From positions 1-36,868 of the IMG/VR virus record IMGVR_UViG_3300012346_000058: a stretch of 36,868 nucleotides of DNA. The stretch is one strand, 5' to 3'. The notes beneath the pieces are model-generated. The model was given only the letters and a program-made list of their open reading frames with translations, was not told the origin of the DNA and did not search any database. The stretch comes from a virus (Duplodnaviria > Caudoviricetes). This document shows, one piece after another, positions 15,788 through 25,328 of the stretch. How positions within the stretch are numbered: position 1 is the stretch's first letter; every line of letters begins with the position of its first letter. Position numbers and translations under genes: made by a program.

Positions 15788-16570
15788 ATGGCTTTTATTG
15801 ATGACGAATCGTTTGATCCAACATTGGACACGATCACAGATGAACAACCTCAAGAGACTCCCCAAGTGGAGCAACCTCAACAGGCTGTAGTAGAGAATGT
15901 AGTTCCTGATAAATACAAAGACAAGTCCTTACAGGATATTGTTAAGATGCACCAAGAAGCTGAAAAGATGATTGGCAGGCAAGCACAGGAAGTACACGAA
16001 GTACGCTCATTAGCTGATCAATTACTGAAACGGCAACTCGAAAGTGATAAGGTACAGACTGTTGAAAGTACGCCCGAAGTAGATTTCTTTGAGAACCCTC
16101 AAGACTCTATTAAACGTGCTATTGAGAACAATCCAGCAGTTCTGGAAGCTAAACAAGCTAACCTTGAGCTTAAACGGATGAAGACAGCACAGCAGCTTGC
16201 ATCTAAACACCCTGATATGGCTACTATCGCTAACGATAGCGGCTTTCAGGAATGGGTGAAAGCGAGTCCTGTGCGACTTAGCCTTTATGCTAAAGCAGAT
16301 GCAGAGTTTGACTTCAGTTCAGCAGATGAACTCTTGAGCACATATAAAGAACTTAAGCAAGTTCGCAACAACAACGTACAAGAAACTGGTAAGAAACAAC
16401 AAGCACAAGCTCTCCGAGCCGCTGGTGTTGATACAAGTGGTTCTGGCGAAGTTGCAAAGAAAGTATATCGCCGTGCGGATTTAATCCGTCTTAAAATGAC
16501 AGACCCAGATCGTTATGAGTTGCTTCAACCCGAAATCATGGCAGCTTATCAACAGGGTCGAGTTAAATAA
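15788..16570 (+). CDS. capsid scaffolding protein
   Basis: Acidic and helical, directly before the coat gene; PDKYKDKS; ends AYQQGRVK. Confidence 0.8.
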   Translation: MAFIDDESFDPTLDTITDEQPQETPQVEQPQQAVVENVVPDKYKDKSLQDIVKMHQEAEKMIGRQAQEVHEVRSLADQLLKRQLESDKVQTVESTPEVDFFENPQDSIKRAIENNPAVLEAKQANLELKRMKTAQQLASKHPDMATIANDSGFQEWVKASPVRLSLYAKADAEFDFSSADELLSTYKELKQVRNNNVQETGKKQQAQALRAAGVDTSGSGEVAKKVYRRADLIRLKMTDPDRYELLQPEIMAAYQQGRVK

Positions 16571-16601
16571 TTTATTTTTTTGAAATCATAGGAGTATTAA
16601 A

Positions 16602-17525
16602 ATGGCTTTAGGTACAGATCACGTCACAGTCACCACCGCAGCAACCTTCATCCCTGAAGTTTGGTCTGATGAGATTGTGGCAGCATACAAGAAATCGCTC
16701 GTTATGGCCAATCTGGTCAAGAAGATGAGCTTCAAGGGCAAGAAAGGTGACACCGTTCACATTCCTTCGCCTACCCGTGGTACTGCATCCGCTAAGGCTG
16801 CTGGCTCTCAAGTCACCTTGATCGCCGCAACTGAAGGTGATGTCGCTATCTCTATCAACAAACACTTCGAGTACAGCCGCTTGATCGAAGACATCGTGGA
16901 AGCCCAAGCTCTGTCGAGCCTGCGTTCTTTCTACACTGATGACGCTGGTCACGCTCTGGGCAAACAAGTGGACACTTCGTTGATCCAACTGGCTCGTGCT
17001 GCTCGTGGCGGTAACTCCGCTAACGCTCAGTACTCTGGTGGTATCATCGGCTCCACTGGCGCTGCTTACACCTACTCTTCGTCTAACGCTGCCAACATCG
17101 CTGATGCTGGTATCCGTGCAGCTATCCAGTTGCTGGACGATCAGGACGTGCCTATGGACGGTCGTTCGTTGGTGGTTCCTCCTGTTGCTCGTAACAGCAT
17201 GTTGGGCATCAACCGTTTCACCGAGCAAGCCTTCAAGGGCAACGGTACAACCTTGATGAACGGCGAGTTCGGTGACATCTACGGCGTTAAAGTGTATGTG
17301 TCCACCAACTGCGATACCGCTGCTGGTAACACCGCTTCTGACCGTGCTGCTTTGATGTTCCACCGCGATTGGGCTGTGTTGGTCGAGCAGATCGGCGTTC
17401 GCGCTCAGACTCAGTACAAACAAGAATACCTCGGTAACTTGTTCACTGCTGACACTCTGTACGGCGTTGGCGAACTGCGTGACTACGGTTGCGTTCCAAT
17501 CATCGTTGACGCTTCGGCTGCTTGA
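16602..17525 (+). CDS. major capsid protein (P22 coat-like HK97 fold)
   Basis: FIPEVWS, KGDTVHIP, LDDQDVPMDGRSLVV, GDIYGVKVYVS, DTLYG; strongly biased codon usage. Confidence 0.92.
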   Translation: MALGTDHVTVTTAATFIPEVWSDEIVAAYKKSLVMANLVKKMSFKGKKGDTVHIPSPTRGTASAKAAGSQVTLIAATEGDVAISINKHFEYSRLIEDIVEAQALSSLRSFYTDDAGHALGKQVDTSLIQLARAARGGNSANAQYSGGIIGSTGAAYTYSSSNAANIADAGIRAAIQLLDDQDVPMDGRSLVVPPVARNSMLGINRFTEQAFKGNGTTLMNGEFGDIYGVKVYVSTNCDTAAGNTASDRAALMFHRDWAVLVEQIGVRAQTQYKQEYLGNLFTADTLYGVGELRDYGCVPIIVDASAA

Positions 17526-17533
17526 TGACTAAG

Positions 17534-17561
17534 GAGGGCCCTTCGGGGCTCTCTTTTCTTT
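17534..17561 (+). terminator. rho-independent terminator after the coat gene
   Basis: GAGGGCCC-TTCG-GGGCTCTC followed by TTTTCTTT. Confidence 0.88.
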
Positions 17562-17601
17562 ATTACTTACTCAGTGAGTACTAAACAAAGGAGATACAGA
17601 T

Positions 17602-17778
17602 ATGGTAAGCTTTCAAATGAAGCATAGCACTAGACCACAGACTATTGCTACTGTTACTCGTGAAGTAGATATTAAGAGTTTTAGGGACAACCCTGAGTGG
17701 TACGAGATTACCCCTGCTGTCCAAGAGCCTGAAAAGAAAACAGTTAAACAAGTTAAGAAGACTAAGGAAATTGTATGA
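17602..17778 (+). CDS. 58-aa hypothetical protein (not in track)
   Basis: AAGGAG RBS; MVSFQMKH...NPEWYEI...; ATGA overlap with the fibre gene. Confidence 0.65.
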   Translation: MVSFQMKHSTRPQTIATVTREVDIKSFRDNPEWYEITPAVQEPEKKTVKQVKKTKEIV

Positions 17779-19235
17779 CCATCTATCGTGGCCCCGGAGG
17801 AACAGGTGAAGCTCGTAGTGATACAGACGTAACAGAAGTCCGTATCATTGCTGATGAAGCAGAAGGATATAAAGATCAAGCTGCTACTTCGGCTGCTGCT
17901 GCTTCAGCCAGTGCCTCGGCTGCTGCCACTGCCGAGACTAATGCAGAGACAGCAGAGACCAATGCAGAAACTGCTGAAGCTAACGCTGAAGCTGCACAAG
18001 CCGCTGCCGAGGCTGCACAAGCTGCCGCTGAAGCTGCCCAGACTGCTGCCGAGGCTGCTCAGGCCGCTGCTGAGACAGCAGAAGCTAACGCTGAGACTGC
18101 TGAAGTCAATGCAGAGACTGCCGAAGCTAACGCTGAGACAGCTCAGGCTGCTGCTCAGGCTCTTTATGATGATTTTGATGATCGCTATTTAGGTGATAAA
18201 TCTAGCAATCCTACTGTCGATAATGACGGTAATGCTTTACTAACTGGCGCATTGTACTTTAATACAGTTGCTCCTGAAATGCGTGTGTATAACGGCACTA
18301 CATGGCAGAACTTCTCTGCTGCTTCAGCAGTATCAAGTTTTAATACCCGCACAGGCGCTATTACTTTAACAGATACTGATGTTAGTACAGCTTTAGGCTA
18401 TACAGCAGCGAGTAACAGCTCAGTGCTTTTGAAGTCTAATAACTTATCCGACTTAGCAAATGCCTCTACGGCACGTACTAATTTAGGCTTAGGTACAGCA
18501 GCAACAACCAACAGCACTGCATATGCAACCGCTGCTCAGGGAACAAATGCCGATACTGCGTATGGTTGGGGCAATCACGCCTCTGCTGGTTATGCTACAT
18601 ATCCTTCTCAGACAGGCAACTCAGGTAAGTATCTGACCACAAACGGGTCAACAACAAGTTGGGCTACCGTAAGTGGAGGTGTTACAAGCGTATCAGGAAC
18701 TTCTCCTGTAGTCTCTTCAGGCGGGACGACACCTGCAATTTCATTAGCTTCTGGATATGGAGATACTCAAAATCCATACGCTTCTAAAACTGCTAATTAT
18801 GTTTTAGCATCGCCTAATGGTTCAGCAGGTGTTCCTTCATTCCGAGCATTAGTTGCTGCCGATATTCCAACACTTAACCAAAATACTACAGGAACTGCTG
18901 CCTCGCTTTCCACTGCATCGGGATCAGCACCTTCGTACTCCGCACGAGCATGGGTAAACTTCAACGGCACAGGTACTGTGGCTATTCGCGCCTCTGGTAA
19001 CGTGTCCAGCATCACAGATAACGGAGTTGGTAACTACACAATTAATTTCACCTCAGCAATGCCAGATACTAATTACAATATGGTTGGTTGTGTGGGTGAT
19101 GTTGGTGCTGGAGCAGGGCGATCAATTCAAATTCCATATGGCTCTGCGCCAACCGTAAACGGTTTTCAAGTTCTTGCGCTAGATGCTATTGGAACTGCGG
19201 ATGTCGTAGTTTGTTCTTTATCTATCTTCCGTTGA
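17775..19235 (+). CDS. tail fibre
   Basis: Ala/Glu heptad coiled coil, FDDRYLG..DNDGNALLTGALYFN, NNLSDL..ARTNLGLG, C-terminal ARAWVNFNGTGTVAIRAS domain. Confidence 0.85.
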   Translation: MTIYRGPGGTGEARSDTDVTEVRIIADEAEGYKDQAATSAAAASASASAAATAETNAETAETNAETAEANAEAAQAAAEAAQAAAEAAQTAAEAAQAAAETAEANAETAEVNAETAEANAETAQAAAQALYDDFDDRYLGDKSSNPTVDNDGNALLTGALYFNTVAPEMRVYNGTTWQNFSAASAVSSFNTRTGAITLTDTDVSTALGYTAASNSSVLLKSNNLSDLANASTARTNLGLGTAATTNSTAYATAAQGTNADTAYGWGNHASAGYATYPSQTGNSGKYLTTNGSTTSWATVSGGVTSVSGTSPVVSSGGTTPAISLASGYGDTQNPYASKTANYVLASPNGSAGVPSFRALVAADIPTLNQNTTGTAASLSTASGSAPSYSARAWVNFNGTGTVAIRASGNVSSITDNGVGNYTINFTSAMPDTNYNMVGCVGDVGAGAGRSIQIPYGSAPTVNGFQVLALDAIGTADVVVCSLSIFR

Positions 19236-19244
19236 AAGGCTATC

Positions 19245-19436
19245 ATGGATCAGCGAATTATTTACCCCACTAATGATGGCGGCGTAGCTGTCATTGTCCC
19301 TGCCCCTGATTGCGGTTTCACCATCGAACAGATTGCCGCTAAAGATGTACCAGAAGGAAAACCCTTTAAGATTGTGGATGTTGCTGACATTCCAACAGAT
19401 CGCACATTCCGTAATGCATGGGAATACACAGCATGA
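19245..19436 (+). CDS. tail-fibre-associated small protein
   Basis: IAAKDVPEG..DIPTDRTFRNAW; immediately after the fibre gene. Confidence 0.7.
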   Translation: MDQRIIYPTNDGGVAVIVPAPDCGFTIEQIAAKDVPEGKPFKIVDVADIPTDRTFRNAWEYTA

Positions 19437-19660
19437 TTAACATCAACTTAGACAAAGCCAAGGTCATTGTGCATGACATTCGCCGTGCCAAACGCACTGC
19501 GGAGTTTTTACCACTGGATGTCAAAGCAACCATTCCAAGTGAAGCAGTAGCTGCTGAAGCTGCTCGTCAAGCTGTGCGTGAGAAGTATGCCGCCATCCAA
19601 GCTGATATTGATGCTGCTCCCGGTGTTTCAGAACTTAAGTTAATCGTAGAAACTTTATAA
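19433..19660 (+). CDS. tail-fibre assembly chaperone-like protein
   Basis: [10 protein letters not shown]...RRAKR...LDV; ATGA overlap. Confidence 0.65.
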   Translation: MININLDKAKVIVHDIRRAKRTAEFLPLDVKATIPSEAVAAEAARQAVREKYAAIQADIDAAPGVSELKLIVETL

Positions 19661-19673
19661 AGGAGTAACTAAT

Positions 19674-19850
19674 ATGCCACTCAAAAAAGGTAAATCAGAT
19701 AAGACAGTCAGTGAGAATATCTCCATGATGGTCAAAGAAGGCAAACCTCAGAAGCAAGCAGTTGCTATTGCACTGTCTGAGGCAGGCCGTGAGAAGCCAG
19801 AGCGTGGTGAACGCACCAAGAAGAACAAAGACAAGAAGAAAGCCAAATGA
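19674..19850 (+). CDS. 58-aa basic protein (not in track)
   Basis: [16 protein letters not shown]...[15 protein letters not shown]; AAGGAG RBS. Confidence 0.75.
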   Translation: MPLKKGKSDKTVSENISMMVKEGKPQKQAVAIALSEAGREKPERGERTKKNKDKKKAK

Positions 19851-20188
19851 CACGCCCTGTATCGGTAGGTAAAAACTTAGTAGCGAATACTGAGACTATA
19901 GTATATACAGTTCCTCAAGGTTATTGTGCTTTATGGAATCTTATGTACGCCCACAACTCCACAGGAACAAATAAGTATCTTACAGTAGATTGGTATGATG
20001 TCAGTGAAAATATCCATGTAAATGTACTTGATCAATATAACTTTGTTTCCAAAACATACTTTCAATTTTCTGGTAACGGATCAGGTGTTGTGATGGAAGA
20101 AGGTGATCAAGTCCATATGACATCAGAAACAGGCTCTACTTTTGGAGTTATCTGTACCTTTGAATTATTTAAGAAAGAAGGAATCTAA
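19847..20188 (+). CDS. virion-associated hypothetical protein
   Basis: Beta-rich; VYTVP...MEEGD. Confidence 0.7.
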   Translation: MTRPVSVGKNLVANTETIVYTVPQGYCALWNLMYAHNSTGTNKYLTVDWYDVSENIHVNVLDQYNFVSKTYFQFSGNGSGVVMEEGDQVHMTSETGSTFGVICTFELFKKEGI

Positions 20189-20190
20189 TC

Positions 20191-20844
20191 ATGGCATTGC
20201 CCACTTACCTAGAACTCGTTAATGATATTCTGATTCGTATGCGCGAACCAGAAGTAACTACTGTACAGGAGAACATCCTCTCTAAGCTCGTTGGTAAGTT
20301 GGTTAATGATGCCAAGCGACAGGTAGAGGATGCTTACTCGTGGAATGCTTTAACGGATACCCTGATCATTGAGACACAAGCTGATACCTACGGCTATGTG
20401 CTCACAGGTTCGGGTACTCGCTTTAAAGTCATCGATGCTCAAGATGCCACAAACAAGTACACCTTGCAGGCATGGACTACCCAGAAGATGTCTCAGGCAT
20501 TGCTGACTGACACTCGTGCAGCCAAACCCATGTACTACAACTTCAACGGTGTTCACAGCACTGGCGATACAAAGGTAGACTTCTACCCTGTCCCTGAATC
20601 TAGCTTAACACTGTACTTTAACTTGTACATCCCTCAAGCTGAACTGGTCAATAACACCGATGTACTGCTCACTCCTAAAGAGCCTGTAATCTTAGGTGCT
20701 TTTGCTCGTGCCTTGGTTGAGCGTGGTGAAGATGGTGGTTTACAGAGTTCAGAAGCTTATGGCTTGTATAAAGCTTCCTTGGCAGACGCTATCGCTATTG
20801 AGAGTTCTCGCTATGTAGAGGAAGATGCTTGGGAGGCTGTGTAA
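20191..20844 (+). CDS. head-tail adaptor / tail tubular protein A
   Basis: TYLELVNDIL..MRE..VNDAKR..WNAL, FYPVP; position in module. Confidence 0.72.
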   Translation: MALPTYLELVNDILIRMREPEVTTVQENILSKLVGKLVNDAKRQVEDAYSWNALTDTLIIETQADTYGYVLTGSGTRFKVIDAQDATNKYTLQAWTTQKMSQALLTDTRAAKPMYYNFNGVHSTGDTKVDFYPVPESSLTLYFNLYIPQAELVNNTDVLLTPKEPVILGAFARALVERGEDGGLQSSEAYGLYKASLADAIAIESSRYVEEDAWEAV

Positions 20845-20847
20845 GTT

Positions 20848-22404
20848 ATGAGCCAACAAATGCAGACTTTCTCCATCACGGCTCCGGGCTTCTACGGGTT
20901 GAACACACAGGATAGTTCATTAGACTTAGCCTCTGGCTTTGCCTTAAACGCTATCAACTGTGTTATTGACCAGTATGGACGTATCGGTGCTCGTAAAGGA
21001 TGGACAGCACAACACGCAACTAACACTGATCTTGGCTCTTCCACTATCAAAGCTATCGGTCAGTTGGTTACAGACAATGGCTCTGAGTACACCATCGTTG
21101 CAGGTAACAACAAAATCTTTAAACTGTCAGGTAGCACACTTACTCAGTTGACTTATGGTGGCGGAGGCACAGCTCCTACAATCACTGACAGCAACTGGCA
21201 GATTGCTTCCCTGAACGAAGTATTGTACTTGTTCCAGTCGGGACATGATCCTCTGGTGTTCGATCCTGCTGTGAGTACTACTACTTATCGCCGAGTCTCT
21301 GAGAAGACAGGATATACAGGTACAGTTCCTGCTGGTAACATTGTATTAGCTGCTTACGGACGTTTATGGGTAGCGGACACTTCTACTGAGAAAGCTGTGC
21401 TCTATTGGTCAGATATTCTCTCAGGTCATAAGTGGGCTAACGGCTCTACAGGCTCTATTGACGTATCTTCTGTGTGGCCTAACGGTGCAGATAACATTAC
21501 AGGCCTTGCTTCACATAATGGCTTCTTGTTCATCTTCGGAAGGAACAATATCTTGGTGTACGCAGGTGCTCAGGATGTATTGTCAGCAGGTGTATTTAAA
21601 ATCTCTGATTCTGTAACAGGCATTGGATGTATTGCTCGTGATACCATCCAGAACACAGGCTCAGACATCATCTTCTTGTCGGATACAGGTGTGCGTAGCG
21701 TACTTCGTACCATCCAAGAGAAGTCTGCTCCCTTCCGTGACTTGTCTAAGAACGTCCGTAATGACCTGATGTCAGCAGTTGCAGGTGAAGTAGCAGCTAC
21801 TATTAAGTCTGTGTACAGTCCCTTTGAGTCCTTCTACTTACTGACTTTCCCTTCGTTGAAGATTGTATACTGCTTTGACTTGAAGGTTACGTTACAGGAT
21901 GGCTCAAGCAGGGTAACCACTTGGGACAGTATTGAGCCTAAGAGCTTCTGCTACATGCGGGACAAGAGCTTGCTCATCGGCAAGGAAGGTTATGTAGGTA
22001 AGTATACAGGTCATCAAGACAACGGTACTAAGTATCGTATGATCTACTTTACCAACCATACCGATCTTGGTCAAGCTTCCGTTACTTCTGTCTTGAAGAA
22101 ACTTTCCATTGTGGTCATTGGTGGTGATAACCAATTTGTTACAATTAAGTGGGGTTACGACTTCAAAGAGAATTATTATTCACAAAACACTAAAATTCCC
22201 TCTCAGGGGGTTGCGGAGTTTGGAGTTTCGGAGTATAATACTGCTGGAGTAGAGTACTCTGATGGTATTTCGTTACAGACTCTTACTGCTTATCCAACAG
22301 GTGCAGGTAAGGTTATTCAAACAGGCTACGAAGCAGATATTGACGGTGCTCCTTTGAGTATCCAGAAGATCGAAATCTTGGCAAAGAACGGGAAGATTAT
22401 TTAA
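20848..22404 (+). CDS. tail nozzle / tubular protein B (beta-propeller)
   Basis: APGFYGLNT, GRLWV, LYWSD, GIGCIA, IFLSDTGV. Confidence 0.75.
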   Translation: MSQQMQTFSITAPGFYGLNTQDSSLDLASGFALNAINCVIDQYGRIGARKGWTAQHATNTDLGSSTIKAIGQLVTDNGSEYTIVAGNNKIFKLSGSTLTQLTYGGGGTAPTITDSNWQIASLNEVLYLFQSGHDPLVFDPAVSTTTYRRVSEKTGYTGTVPAGNIVLAAYGRLWVADTSTEKAVLYWSDILSGHKWANGSTGSIDVSSVWPNGADNITGLASHNGFLFIFGRNNILVYAGAQDVLSAGVFKISDSVTGIGCIARDTIQNTGSDIIFLSDTGVRSVLRTIQEKSAPFRDLSKNVRNDLMSAVAGEVAATIKSVYSPFESFYLLTFPSLKIVYCFDLKVTLQDGSSRVTTWDSIEPKSFCYMRDKSLLIGKEGYVGKYTGHQDNGTKYRMIYFTNHTDLGQASVTSVLKKLSIVVIGGDNQFVTIKWGYDFKENYYSQNTKIPSQGVAEFGVSEYNTAGVEYSDGISLQTLTAYPTGAGKVIQTGYEADIDGAPLSIQKIEILAKNGKII

Positions 22405-22405
22405 T

Positions 22406-23074
22406 ATGAGCGATTACACCAAATCAACTAACTTTGCCAGTAAAGATTCCTTGTCTTCGGGCAACGCTTTAAAGATTGTCAAAGGTACTGAGATTGATAC
22501 CGAGTTTAACAACATTGCTACTGCTGTGGCAACCAAGGCAGACTTGAACAGTCCTGCCTTGATCGGTACTCCTACTGCACCTACTGCTTCGTCAGGTACT
22601 AACACTACTCAGGTAGCGACTACAGCCTTTGTACTGGTAGCTTTACAGGCAATGTATCCGGTAGGTTCTATCTACATTAACGCTGGTGTATCCACCAACC
22701 CTAACACATTGTTGGGCTTCGGTACTTGGACAGCCTTTGGTGCAGGCCGAGTCATGGTAGGATTGAACAGCAGTGACTCACTGTTTGATACCTTGGAAGA
22801 AACTGGTGGTAGCAAGGATGCTGTGGTTGTTAGCCATAGTCACTCTGCAACTTCTACAGTAAACGATCCGGGGCATAATCACTCTTTGCCTTATTCTTCT
22901 CAAAACGTGGCTAATGGATCAACTGGAGCATTAGTTCAAACTGGTTCTTCATCGGTAAACTCCAATACAACAGGTATTTCAGTTTCTACCTCGGTGTCTA
23001 CCACAGGCTCCAGCGCCACTAACGCTAACATCCAGCCATACATCACAGTAGCGATGTGGAAGCGTACAGCTTAA
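22406..23074 (+). CDS. tail needle/short fibre with T4 gp10-C-terminal-like domain
   Basis: EFNNIATA, PTAPTA, YPVGSIY...FGTW..FGAGRV, HSH/HNH, NIQPYITVAMWKRTA. Confidence 0.7.
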   Translation: MSDYTKSTNFASKDSLSSGNALKIVKGTEIDTEFNNIATAVATKADLNSPALIGTPTAPTASSGTNTTQVATTAFVLVALQAMYPVGSIYINAGVSTNPNTLLGFGTWTAFGAGRVMVGLNSSDSLFDTLEETGGSKDAVVVSHSHSATSTVNDPGHNHSLPYSSQNVANGSTGALVQTGSSSVNSNTTGISVSTSVSTTGSSATNANIQPYITVAMWKRTA

Positions 23075-23111
23075 TCCTCTAACATTACAAATAACTAAGG
23101 AACTTTAGAAT

Positions 23112-24110
23112 ATGTTACCAGCTATTATTGGAGCAGGAGCAAGCCTCTTGGGTGGTCTTTTCAGCGGTAATGCTGCTCAGAAGGCTGCACAGACAACCGC
23201 TAATTCACAACTAGAAGCTGCTCGTATCGCAGCAGATGCTCAACGGTTCCGTCCAGTAGGTGTCACTACCCGCTTCGGTTCCTCTAACTTCCAGACAGAT
23301 GCTAACGGTAATCTGATCAGTGCAGGCTACGATGTCTCCCCTGAAGTTGCTATGATGCGTGATCGCTTGCTGTCTCAGGCAGGTGATCAAGGCTTCCAGA
23401 CAGCAGAGCAGGCTCAGGCAGCACAACAGCAACTGTTCGGTTTAGGTCAGCAGTACTTGGCTCAGTCTCCTCAAGAGGCTGCACAGCAGTGGATGCAATC
23501 TCAGCAGGCTTTGTTGGCTCCTTCGCGTGAGCAGGCAGCAGCAGGCTTGACACAGAACTTGTTCAATACAGGTCGTGGTGGTGTTGCAGTTGCTCAAGGT
23601 GGTAGCATGGGTGCTGCTAACCCTGAACTCCAAGCTCTCTTGAATGCTCAGGCACAGCAGGATGCTCAGTTGGCTGCTCAGGCTCAAGAGCAAGGCAGAG
23701 CACAGACTACCTTTGGTGCAGGCTTGTTCGGTACTGGCTTAGACTTGGCTACTGCTGGCTATAACCCATTGAAGACACAGTTCGGTTTGGCTCAAGGCTT
23801 TGAGACTGCTGGTCAAGGTGCTCTGGACTTAGGTGCTCAGTTGGGTGGTCGTGCTGCTCAAGCAGGCGCTAACGTAGGCAACACCCTGATGACAGGCTCG
23901 ACCAATGCTGCTAATGCCTTGCAAGCAGCTAACAGCTACAGTCCTTTCGGTGCTGTGTTGTCTGGTGCAGGTAGCAACAAACAACTGATGTCTGGTTTGT
24001 CTAACTGGATGACAGGCGCTCCTTCAGGTACTTACACAGCCTTCGGCTCTGGTGCTTCTAACCCCTACATCCAAAATGCCAATCCTTGGATGGACAACCG
24101 CGATTATTAA
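23112..24110 (+). CDS. internal virion (ejection) protein
   Basis: Gly/Ala/Gln-rich with a hydrophobic N-terminus IIGAGASLLGGLF. Confidence 0.65.
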   Translation: MLPAIIGAGASLLGGLFSGNAAQKAAQTTANSQLEAARIAADAQRFRPVGVTTRFGSSNFQTDANGNLISAGYDVSPEVAMMRDRLLSQAGDQGFQTAEQAQAAQQQLFGLGQQYLAQSPQEAAQQWMQSQQALLAPSREQAAAGLTQNLFNTGRGGVAVAQGGSMGAANPELQALLNAQAQQDAQLAAQAQEQGRAQTTFGAGLFGTGLDLATAGYNPLKTQFGLAQGFETAGQGALDLGAQLGGRAAQAGANVGNTLMTGSTNAANALQAANSYSPFGAVLSGAGSNKQLMSGLSNWMTGAPSGTYTAFGSGASNPYIQNANPWMDNRDY

Positions 24111-24119
24111 GGAGTAACA

Positions 24120-25325
24120 ATGGCTGAAGTAGTTAATAGTTTATTTGGGATCACTCCAGAATCCCTTCAAGCGCAACGTGACCAAGCCCTGCAACAAGAG
24201 GCTTTACAGTACGCTAAGTTAGACCCTTTCCAACGAGCTACTGCTAGTATCTACGCAGGTGCTAACAAGCTTGGTGGCGCTATCGGTGGTATGCTTGGTG
24301 GTCAAGACCCTGAGCTTCAGAAAGCTACAGCTTTGCAAAGCATTATGCAGCAAGCTGATACTACTACTCCTGAAGGACTGACAACACTGGCCCGTACTCT
24401 TGGTAGTCAGGGATTTGGTCAGCAAGCTATGGCTGTTATGGATCAAGCTCGTCAAGCACAACTTCGCGCTGCTCAGACAGGCAAGGCTGTTGCCGAACAG
24501 AAGAAAGTAGAACTGACAACTGCTCAGGAAGAGAAGCTTCGTAAGGAGTTAACTGCTTTAGGCCCGAATGCGACAGAAGAGGAGTACTTGCAGGTTGTTC
24601 GTAAGTATGGCGATCCAGATAAGATTATGACCAGTATCCAGACAACCCAAGCTCGTAAGGACGCTGCTGATGCTAAGATTGAAGCTGCTAAACTTGCTGC
24701 TGATGCTAAAGTAGAGGCTGCTCGTCAGCAAGGAGCTACACAGTTGCAGATTGCTCAGATGCAGGTAGATGCTCGGCGTGATATTGCTGCCCTTGCCGCT
24801 TCCTTGAAAGCAGGAACACAGAACACCAAGCCTTTGTCTCCGGGCTTGCAAAAGGAAGAAGGTAAGGACTTAGAAGCTATCGATTCCTACACAGGTCAAA
24901 TCCAAGCTCTAACTCCTGCTGTTACTTCTTTGACTCCTAATGCTCAAGGTGTGCGTAGTCTGGAATTAGGCCCGTTGAAGAACTTGAAGTACGAAGCTCA
25001 ACTGGCAGCAGGTAACTCTACACCAGAAGCTCGTGCTTATGAGAGCTTAAAGTCAGCAGTGGATACCGCTACTAACTTACAAGTGAGTGCTGAGAAGGGT
25101 GTTCAAACCGACAAAGACGTGTTGCGCTTTGCAAAGGCTTTGATTGCTTCTTATGGCCGTAACGACACTGTGGCTACTTATGAGGCTTTGAAACGCTATC
25201 AGAACGCCCTTGTTCAAGCACAGGAGCGTACAAAGGGACGTATTGAAAGTCGCCGTAAAGCTCAAGGTGTTGGTTCTTTCTATGAAGGTTCTACGCAAGG
25301 CCCACAAGTTATTAAACTGGATTAA
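24120..25325 (+). CDS. internal virion (ejection) protein
   Basis: Helical and Ala/Gln-rich; position in module. Confidence 0.6.
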   Translation: MAEVVNSLFGITPESLQAQRDQALQQEALQYAKLDPFQRATASIYAGANKLGGAIGGMLGGQDPELQKATALQSIMQQADTTTPEGLTTLARTLGSQGFGQQAMAVMDQARQAQLRAAQTGKAVAEQKKVELTTAQEEKLRKELTALGPNATEEEYLQVVRKYGDPDKIMTSIQTTQARKDAADAKIEAAKLAADAKVEAARQQGATQLQIAQMQVDARRDIAALAASLKAGTQNTKPLSPGLQKEEGKDLEAIDSYTGQIQALTPAVTSLTPNAQGVRSLELGPLKNLKYEAQLAAGNSTPEARAYESLKSAVDTATNLQVSAEKGVQTDKDVLRFAKALIASYGRNDTVATYEALKRYQNALVQAQERTKGRIESRRKAQGVGSFYEGSTQGPQVIKLD

Positions 25326-25328
25326 ACT

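Noticed and set aside
16608-17423. 271-aa antisense ORF over the capsid gene (likewise 11299-11934, 13769-14494, 29134-29838, 32162-32950)
   Set aside because: These are shadow frames produced by codon bias on the sense strand, with no recognisable motifs.
17520-17535. T7 10B-like frameshift or readthrough extension of the capsid protein
   Set aside because: Tandem TGATGA stops plus a nearby TAA, an immediate terminator and no slippery sequence.
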